Part shown: piece by piece, positions 31,501-37,732 of the stretch
How positions within the stretch are numbered: position 1 is the stretch's first letter
How the letters are laid out: every line of letters begins with the position of its first letter
Sequence record: SRR31147125_28975
Length of the DNA: 37,732 bases
Strand: one strand, 5' to 3'
The notes under the pieces: generated by a model
The model's database searches: none
What the model was told of the DNA's origin: nothing
The model's input: the letters and a program-made list of their open reading frames with translations, nothing else
Program-made: the position numbers and the translations under genes

Positions 31501-32748
31501 TGCAACTTCGTCAGATGGAGTTGCTACTAATGGAAGACCAGTATCACTTACTAATTCTGGAATACCATAATATGGTGAGAATACACCGGCAACATCATAT
31601 ACTGAACCAACTTCTACATCATCACCAAATGATGAATCATACACATAAATCATGTTTGTACCATCACTTAAGAACGCGTTTGTTCCAACAATAGCAATAA
31701 CTGTTACACCATTTACTTGTACATAATCACCAGATGCTGCATCTGAGATTGCTGCAATTGAATCAACTAATGTAGGTTCTTCATATGCTAATACAACAAA
31801 TTGATATTCACGTGTAAATGTATCTGATCCTACTGTAATTGATGCAGTAACAGTTACTGTCACATCATCTTCACCAGCAGCAGGTCTAACAACCACACCT
31901 TCACCATCAACGATATCTAAGTTTGCAGGCATATCTGATGACCATGAGATTGCATAAGTTTCATCTTCATAAGTATATGATGGTAAGAATGCTTCTAAAT
32001 CATCAACTGTACCTAACCATGCTTCTGCACCAGTAATACCTTCATTTGCAGGGAATGTTACAACGATATCAAATACTTCGTTAACTGTTTCTGATGCTGT
32101 CTTATCTAATGTTAAAACATATGCATAGAAATTAACTGTATCTGATTCACTACCTTTAGTTAAAGTAGCTGTTAATTGTACTGTTAAACCACTTGCGCCA
32201 TCAGCGTCAGTATAACTTGGTCTATTTACAGTACCGTCAGTAGCAACGATTGCTTCATCATTTGATGCCCATGACACTGATACCCCTTCAATTGTTGTGA
32301 CTAAACTAAGATCATCACTCACTTCATAACTATCATCACCAATAGTCGCTGCATAATTTGCGATAAGTGCTGCTTTCGCAGTATCCACTTGATCAGCTGC
32401 AGGGATCATTGGGACAACCACATCAAATTCAACTTCTTTTTCAGTTTCATTGAGTGTAATTGTAGCAGTTAATGTTAAGTTAACATCATCTTGTTGTCTT
32501 GTTACAACACCAGTGTTTGAAATAACATCTGTATTACTTGAAGACCATGCAATTGTAGCATCACCAACTGAGGTGATTAAATTTAGGTCATCTGTAACCT
32601 CGTAAGCATCAGAGCCGATTGAATCTGCATAATTTGCGATTAAATCTGCTTCTGCTGTATCTAATAATTCATCAGTATTATCACATGCTGTTAGTAAACC
32701 AACAAGTGCAACTGCTAGAACTACTAGTAAAATACGTAGTTTCTTCAT
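28597..32748 (-). CDS. 1383-aa surface lipoprotein, Ig3-(OB-OB-Ig)3-LTD, no recognisable catalytic domain
   Basis: Lipobox LTAC; six I.W.S.N..V....G.V......V.LTAT Ig-like modules; YhcR-like OB modules (VTGVVTA..YFIQDATGGVAIY); C-terminal VFISEYIEGSSSNKAVEIYNGTG LTD; AGGAGG RBS. Confidence 0.85.
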   Translation of the reverse strand: MKKLRILLVVLAVALVGLLTACDNTDELLDTAEADLIANYADSIGSDAYEVTDDLNLITSVGDATIAWSSSNTDVISNTGVVTRQQDDVNLTLTATITLNETEKEVEFDVVVPMIPAADQVDTAKAALIANYAATIGDDSYEVSDDLSLVTTIEGVSVSWASNDEAIVATDGTVNRPSYTDADGASGLTVQLTATLTKGSESDTVNFYAYVLTLDKTASETVNEVFDIVVTFPANEGITGAEAWLGTVDDLEAFLPSYTYEDETYAISWSSDMPANLDIVDGEGVVVRPAAGEDDVTVTVTASITVGSDTFTREYQFVVLAYEEPTLVDSIAAISDAASGDYVQVNGVTVIAIVGTNAFLSDGTNMIYVYDSSFGDDVEVGSVYDVAGVFSPYYGIPELVSDTGLPLVATPSDEVAASLEGSTSTISDLLDGRTPPSDLNFMVFEYVQLRVKVVVDAQDTNSGSNYNTYLVPVDYTGNTVITNVGTDGKATEYATDDVLLVYYGSPNKDDVAALDGKEITIDVLLFGYRSDRNIWYTYFFGDSDDITVHLTDQQSVDAAQENLPGMFDEVFYEGDTLDLPASLYDTIITYASSDEAVINPTTGAVAIPASGQVDVTLTATIAKGDITPVEVQIVVTVGVPANSDISAARAEDAGTVVVVTGVVTAAEYQNTYFIQDATGGVAIYSYDSDVEAFLQANYGNEVQILGSMTSYRDMVQVSPDSDFLTVVNDVDAVMPTAVNLDAMDLTAEALLPYQGQLVEISDLYVSEVSSDSYGNTYITFVRLADGAELDMKQDSRVTLSTEAQALLDSVIEGSYVTVTNPLAWSNDPYLYFTDTTGITFDTLSDAAAVAAVAALLPEGFVFEEDILEDFTLELSTEELGVAISWASDNEAVIALNGDVVVPTDGSQVMVTLTATLTKGAETEEVEIEIYVGETPAITISEAKAMDDDSEVKVEGVIVGGEYYRTYFIQDETGGIAIYTYDSDVQAFFAANQGKEVKVVGILSPYGGLAEITDLSVYEIIDEAPAMPAVTDLSAMALDDALIDYQGMLVSYDHLYVSEKSSDSYGNTYVTLVNLSNGSDVTMKFDSRATLSTEAQAFLDAIAVGDVYDYEGALSWSFGPYLYFTNETSLVVGSALTDAEKAVADAMVLDIETSFTEAGTITLPAAGTYSTITWASDNTLIDASTGAVTLPESGTVEVTLTATVTVGAETEEVQFVVSVSKPVEFSANVFISEYIEGSSSNKAVEIYNGTGESITLLGYSLALYSNGATDITQSYDLSGVTLGAGEVFVLANSAAGTEILAVADDDQAYPSVPNWNGNDAVALLFDGAIVDLVGVLGDDSNFAKDVTLVRNADVTSSNATYTVSEWTSYAQDTFDYIGSHSVVA
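29090..30820 (-). repeat. Intragenic tandem duplication of a ~290-aa OB-OB-Ig unit (boundaries approximate)
   Basis: YFIQDATGGVAIYSYDSDV vs YFIQDETGGIAIYTYDSDV 882 nt apart; identical 24-mer GCTTGTGCTTCTGTTGATAATGTT at 29462 and 30335. Confidence 0.85.
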
Positions 32749-32791
32749 TTGAATCCTCCTATTTTTTTTAATTCTTTCTATATTAAAGAGT

Positions 32792-34816
32792 TTATACTCC
32801 TAATAGACGTTCCGCTTCTGAGACAGCATATGCTAATGCGTTAGAAATTGTGTCTCCTTCAGATGGGTCAATCACTCTTGCAAATGCAACCCCTACAGCA
32901 TCTCTAATACCTGATGAACCAACGAATGCTGGATCATAGAAGAAATAATCTGATTGTTGTGCTGCTGCTCTTGCTGCTTTAGAGCGCATAAGCATTGCAC
33001 CTTCTAATAAAGTTTCGCCATCTGTATCATATCCTGCCATAAAGTTTTGATATGCTTCTGTGACATAAACACTTGAACGGATTGGTGAATAACCAGTTTC
33101 TAATGCAAAGTCTAATTGCACATCTCTACTTGTTAAATATTTTAAGAATAACCAAGATGCAAGTTTTTGTTGATCACTACCTGAATTTGTAAGTGACATA
33201 TTTGTACCTTGTTGAATCACTGCTTTATCATTTGGAAGATCAGCATTATAAGGAATAGGTGCAACTTCGAAGTCAAATAAATATTCTCCGTCTACAGTAG
33301 TTGGTGTATTATAATACGCACCACCTGTAGAACCTACTGTTACAAATGTTTGACCTTTTTTAAATACATCAGATGCATATGCTTGACCCCAATGTGATGG
33401 GATTGTGATTTTATCTTTGTTATTACTAAAATAAGTTAACATATCAATTGCTTCTTGTGAATCAAATAAATATTCTCCATTACCTTCACTGTTTGTTGCA
33501 GTGTATTCTCCGCCCCATTGACGAATAAGTGTAATAAATGCATTATCTTCTGAGTCATAAGAATAAGGAATAAATAAGTCTTTTGCTTCTGTAATCTCAG
33601 CAGCTGTTAAACCTAGTGCTGTACCATATTGATCAATATAGTTATCTGCAACGCCTTCAAATGCTGAAGATGCAGCAAATAATCCTTGCCATGTTGTTGG
33701 CATTTCATCAATTGCACCTGATGATATTAATGCATCTACAACATCAGCATTATAAATAAGTACTTCTGTTGATTTGTTAAATGGTAGTGAGTAGAATTCA
33801 CCCGGTGTAGCATTATCACCAACAAATTGACTATTTTCTTCACGATAATTCCAAAGGATATCTTCTAATGTTTCTGTTTCATCAGTACTATCATATCCCC
33901 ATGTAGGATTATCAATATATGGATTTAAACTTAAGATCACATTGTTGGCAATATATTCTGCCACATGATCAGGATAACCTTGAACGATGTTTGGTAATGT
34001 ACCACCTTTGATTGCGCTGACAACATTTTGTCTAAGTGCATCATAGTTATCACCATTTTTAACAATGTTCACTGTAACATTTGGATAAAGTGCTTCGAAT
34101 TCACCAGCATATGTATTTAATGCGCCTTCAATAGTTGAACCATTTGAATGCCATAGTGTAATTTCGATGTCATCTGATGTTAAATCTGAAGGTATGAAGT
34201 CTACTTCATTTTTAACAGTTAATGAAATCGTTGTTGTTGCACTAGCACCTAACTCATTTTCTACTGATAATGAGAAATTATAGCGACCAGCTCTTGTTAA
34301 TGATGGTAAATCGTTAACAACAATGCTATCTGTTAGATCGACTTCATCACCGTCTTTAGTATCAACTGCTTGTACACCTCTAAGTGGATCATAATCAGTT
34401 GAACCAATATAATAAGTTTGAGCAGTTTGTACATATCTAAGTTCTACAGTTTGTTCAACATTACCAACAACGGTTAGTGTCACTGATTCAGTCGCAGTTA
34501 ATCCGCCTGCATCTTCTACTGAGATTGTATATGAATATACACCACCTGCTTCATTAGATAACCAAGCTTCTTGGAAACCTTCAGCTGTAATTTCACTTGT
34601 TAAATCACCATCTTGTGCATCAGTTGCTGTGACGCCATCAAGTGGATCAAACGTGTCTCCGAAGTCAATTGAAACTTCATTTTCAACACCTGATAAACTT
34701 GGTGCAGTATTTCTAACTTCTACTGAACATGCAGTTAGAATAGCTGCGATAAGTAAGGCTGTAAAAAGACCTGTGAATTTTTTCATCATAGTTCTTTTTG
34801 TTGTTATTTTCTTCAT
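32792..34816 (-). CDS. ABC substrate-binding lipoprotein (family 1/UgpB-like) with two N-terminal Ig-like (DUF5011-type) domains
   Basis: Lipobox LTAC; FDPLDGVTATDAQDGDLT and YDPLRGVQAVDTKDG Ig modules; ITLWHS, PNIVQGYPDHV, SLPFNKST, GSTGG, QQGTN, TGYSP. Start reset to ATG 34816 (AGGAGG RBS). Confidence 0.88.
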   Translation of the reverse strand: MKKITTKRTMMKKFTGLFTALLIAAILTACSVEVRNTAPSLSGVENEVSIDFGDTFDPLDGVTATDAQDGDLTSEITAEGFQEAWLSNEAGGVYSYTISVEDAGGLTATESVTLTVVGNVEQTVELRYVQTAQTYYIGSTDYDPLRGVQAVDTKDGDEVDLTDSIVVNDLPSLTRAGRYNFSLSVENELGASATTTISLTVKNEVDFIPSDLTSDDIEITLWHSNGSTIEGALNTYAGEFEALYPNVTVNIVKNGDNYDALRQNVVSAIKGGTLPNIVQGYPDHVAEYIANNVILSLNPYIDNPTWGYDSTDETETLEDILWNYREENSQFVGDNATPGEFYSLPFNKSTEVLIYNADVVDALISSGAIDEMPTTWQGLFAASSAFEGVADNYIDQYGTALGLTAAEITEAKDLFIPYSYDSEDNAFITLIRQWGGEYTATNSEGNGEYLFDSQEAIDMLTYFSNNKDKITIPSHWGQAYASDVFKKGQTFVTVGSTGGAYYNTPTTVDGEYLFDFEVAPIPYNADLPNDKAVIQQGTNMSLTNSGSDQQKLASWLFLKYLTSRDVQLDFALETGYSPIRSSVYVTEAYQNFMAGYDTDGETLLEGAMLMRSKAARAAAQQSDYFFYDPAFVGSSGIRDAVGVAFARVIDPSEGDTISNALAYAVSEAERLLGV

Positions 34817-34835
34817 CTTCTCTTTTCCTCCTATT

Positions 34836-36266
34836 TTATCCTTTAGTACCGGCTCTACCGACACCTTTAATAATATATTTTCTTAATGCGAGGAAAACAA
34901 TGATTAACGGAATTGTTACCATTGCACTCGCGGCAATTTGCATATTAAACATGACACGTGCTTCTGTACCACCAGTTGTAAAGTCTGCGTCACGAAGTGC
35001 TGCAGAGATTAACCAGTATGCTTGTCCTTCTGTTACATCTCCAACACTTGTTACAAGTCTTGGCCAAATGAATGCATTCCATGAACCAATAACATTTAAG
35101 ATAGTGATGGTGAATAATGTTGGTGCTGCAATTGGAATCATCACTCTTGTTAAATATTTGAAATCACTTGATCCATCAACTTTTGCTGCTTGATAGAGTG
35201 AATTTGGAATTTGTCTAAATGTTTGTCTTAAGAAGAATATATAGAATACACTTGTCATAAATGGTACGATCATAGCAAGGAAATATTGGTTTTCACCAGT
35301 TGCCCCACCAATCCATCCCCAACCAGCTTGTGAAACTGTTAAGAAGTTTGTAATAATATATAATTCACCTGGAATCATCATTGTCATCAATAGGACAGAG
35401 AAAATCGTTTCTCTACCTTTGAAATCTAGTCTTGCAAACGCAAATGCTGCAAGAATGGTTGTAATGATTGTTCCGACTGTTGATAAGACACCTACAATTA
35501 ATGTATTTTTAATATAAATACCAAAATCAATTTCTTGTAAAACATATTTATAATTGACCCATTGCATCTCAGATAATGAAATGAAAAATCTTGGATTATC
35601 TGTTAAATTTGCTTCATAGTATGTTTTAAGTGAAGTAAGTATCATCCAATAAAATGGAATAAAGATAAATAGTGCCATAATTGCTAAAAATCCATAAAGT
35701 AGTGTTGTTGATAATAATTTAGCAAAGACTTGTTTATGCATCTTTCTCTTTAATGCTTCGTCTTCATCTTCATCAACTGGTTTCTTTTTAAATAGATTTT
35801 TAATCGATTGTCCTATTTTCTTAAATAGTACAATAAATCCACCTTCTGTCGTTTGTAGTAAGATTTTTCTTGAAATCAAAATTCTTAATACAAAACTAAA
35901 GGGATTAAATAACACAAGTGATAATAATCCTTGTGTAAGAATTGATCCTGCTGTCCATGCATGATATTCCCAAAATTCTCTATTTCTTACTTTTTTCCAA
36001 TTAATAAATAACATTGGAATACCAACCATCATTAGCAATGCAAGAATACTCATCCAAAAGTTAATGGCAGCTTGTGCAACCGATTGACCAAATATTTGAT
36101 AATCAAATGCGAGTATATCATCAGTTGTCGGTGCAACTGTAGGGACTTTTAGTTGATAGAACAAGTATAGAAACATTGAGACATAAACCACAGCAAACAC
36201 TGCATCTATGATTTGTGTGATATATTCTAATCTTTTAATATCTTTTATTTGTTGTTTATTCATCAT
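34836..36266 (-). CDS. ABC permease (MalG/UgpE-like) with a ~180-aa N-terminal membrane extension
   Basis: PFYWMILTSLK, AAFAFARL, LYQAAKVDGSS loop, SWNAFIWP in the C-terminal ~290 aa. Confidence 0.9.
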   Translation of the reverse strand: MMNKQQIKDIKRLEYITQIIDAVFAVVYVSMFLYLFYQLKVPTVAPTTDDILAFDYQIFGQSVAQAAINFWMSILALLMMVGIPMLFINWKKVRNREFWEYHAWTAGSILTQGLLSLVLFNPFSFVLRILISRKILLQTTEGGFIVLFKKIGQSIKNLFKKKPVDEDEDEALKRKMHKQVFAKLLSTTLLYGFLAIMALFIFIPFYWMILTSLKTYYEANLTDNPRFFISLSEMQWVNYKYVLQEIDFGIYIKNTLIVGVLSTVGTIITTILAAFAFARLDFKGRETIFSVLLMTMMIPGELYIITNFLTVSQAGWGWIGGATGENQYFLAMIVPFMTSVFYIFFLRQTFRQIPNSLYQAAKVDGSSDFKYLTRVMIPIAAPTLFTITILNVIGSWNAFIWPRLVTSVGDVTEGQAYWLISAALRDADFTTGGTEARVMFNMQIAASAMVTIPLIIVFLALRKYIIKGVGRAGTKG

Positions 36267-36276
36267 TTGCTCCTTC

Positions 36277-37317
36277 TTAGTAGTGAACGCGCTTTTTACT
36301 CAATTGCATTTGAATAAGTGTTAATACTAAAATAAATGCAAATAGAATAATTGAACCAGCTGCAGCAAGTGATAAGTTTTCGCCACTATAAATATAGTCA
36401 TAAATATAGAATACAATTGTTTTTAATGTATAATTCGCGCTATCCGGTTGTCCAACGTCACCAAATATCGCAACAACTGAAGTATATGTTTTAAATGCAC
36501 CAATAAATGAAGTCACAATAATATAGAATATCATTGGTGAAATCAAAGGTACTGTAATTCTTCTAAACACTTTAAATTTAGGTGTTGAATCGATAGCAGC
36601 TGCTTGATAATATTGTTTATCAATGCCTTGCATACCAGATAAGAAAACCATAATCTTAAATGCCATACCATCCCAAACACCAAATAATATCAAGACTGAC
36701 ATGGCACGCCAATAAGTTGCTCCACGCTCAACCCAGGATAATGGTTCGATACCAAAAATACCTAAGAATTGATTCACAAGTCCTGAATTTCCTGATTTAA
36801 ACATATAAGCAAACACTAAACCAATCGCTAGTGTATTTGTAATATAAGGTAAGAAAAAGATTGTTTGTAAAAATCCTTGTAACGGTTTAATATTGTTAAG
36901 TGCTGCGGAAACAAATAGTGATAACAATACTGAAATCGGTACTGAGATGAAAACAATCGCTAGTGTGTTAAGTAAAACACTAGATCCTGTGTGTGTTGAA
37001 GGTAATAAGAAATTATCTGTATTTAAAATCGTTGCAAAATTCCCAAATAATGTATATCCTGTAATACTTTCAACTAAATTACCTGAGCCATCAGATACAT
37101 GCATGTATCCTTCATAGATCACTAATCTAAATGCATTTAGAATAGGATAAAATGTGAAGATACCAAGTAATAGTAAAGCAGGAGATAAATATATCAGCGC
37201 TTTAGCCCACACTGGAAGATTAATATTGTTAAGATGCAACACATCTTTAACTTTTGACTTAACTTTATTTATATTAAGTCTAATATTCCAGATCCAATTT
37301 TTTAACGTATTTATCAT
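36277..37317 (-). CDS. ABC permease (MalF/UgpA-like)
   Basis: YLSPALLLLGIFTFYP, FFLPYIT, YYQAAAIDST loop, ITVPLISP. Confidence 0.92.
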   Translation of the reverse strand: MINTLKNWIWNIRLNINKVKSKVKDVLHLNNINLPVWAKALIYLSPALLLLGIFTFYPILNAFRLVIYEGYMHVSDGSGNLVESITGYTLFGNFATILNTDNFLLPSTHTGSSVLLNTLAIVFISVPISVLLSLFVSAALNNIKPLQGFLQTIFFLPYITNTLAIGLVFAYMFKSGNSGLVNQFLGIFGIEPLSWVERGATYWRAMSVLILFGVWDGMAFKIMVFLSGMQGIDKQYYQAAAIDSTPKFKVFRRITVPLISPMIFYIIVTSFIGAFKTYTSVVAIFGDVGQPDSANYTLKTIVFYIYDYIYSGENLSLAAAGSIILFAFILVLTLIQMQLSKKRVHY

Positions 37318-37732
37318 TAGATCACGTCACCACTTTCAGGATCAAATAATAAAATTTTGTGGTCTCTTACTGTTAAAATGACTTTTTCTGCTGCTTCATA
37401 TGATTCAGAGTCAACAAGTGCTCTGATTTGTGTATTATTTAAATTAAATCTAACCATTGTATCTCTACCAATTGTATCAATTTCTGCATCTTGAATTTCG
37501 ATACCTTCTTTTGTAGAGATTTTGAAATCTTCTGGACGAAGTCCAACATCATATAACCCGTTTTTAGCTTTTTTATGACCGAATTTTATACCATCAACAT
37601 ATAAAACGTTTGATTTAACTTCACCTTTTACGATGTTAATTGGTGGATTTCCTAAAAATTCAGCAACGAATCTATTTTTTGGGTGAAGATAAACGTTTTG
37701 AGGTTCATCTTTTTGTTGTTCAACACCTAGCT
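37317..37732 (-). CDS. ABC ATP-binding protein (MalK/UgpC-like), C-terminal part only; not in the ORF track
   Basis: Manual translation LGVEQQKDEPQNVYLHPKNRFVAEFLGNPPINI...VGLRPEDF...FDPESGDVI*; TAATG overlap with the permease start. Confidence 0.9.
   Translation of the reverse strand, partial: LGVEQQKDEPQNVYLHPKNRFVAEFLGNPPINIVKGEVKSNVLYVDGIKFGHKKAKNGLYDVGLRPEDFKISTKEGIEIQDAEIDTIGRDTMVRFNLNNTQIRALVDSESYEAAEKVILTVRDHKILLFDPESGDVI

Noticed and set aside
13793-32748. CRISPR array, DGR template/variable repeats or invertible cassettes behind the repeats
   Set aside because: The repeats are in-frame, diverged protein-domain duplications; no constant repeat-spacer pattern and no reverse transcriptase, recombinase or cas gene.

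Overview
AT-rich bacterial chromosomal DNA read with genetic code 11 (Trp is TGG; TGA ends several genes). Gene content and many lipoproteins suggest a free-living Mollicute (Acholeplasmatales/Izemoplasmatales-like); this is inference, not proof. Nearly all genes are on the minus strand, in three blocks. (1) 1-6264: housekeeping genes: two DHH/NrnA phosphoesterases, ttcA, an MgtC-family gene, mnmE, and dnaX (partial). (2) 6695-26037: a ~19 kb glycan-utilisation cluster with a Leloir operon (galR-galT-galK-galE), a secreted and a cytoplasmic GH43 paralogue, a 1412-aa repeat-built non-catalytic lipoprotein, a sugar ABC importer with one frameshifted permease, and a divergent AraC-GH2 pair. (3) 26059-37732: a putative extracellular nucleic-acid scavenging locus with an ABC importer, a 1383-aa Ig/OB-fold/LTD lipoprotein lacking a visible catalytic domain, a PASTA-LTD-thermonuclease lipoprotein and a coupled membrane protein. 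The most interesting reading is that block 3 plus the two DHH genes form a capture-cut-import-finish pathway like the mycoplasma nuclease/ABC/DHH operon, with block 2 lying between them. No rRNA, tRNA, CRISPR array or transposase was seen.
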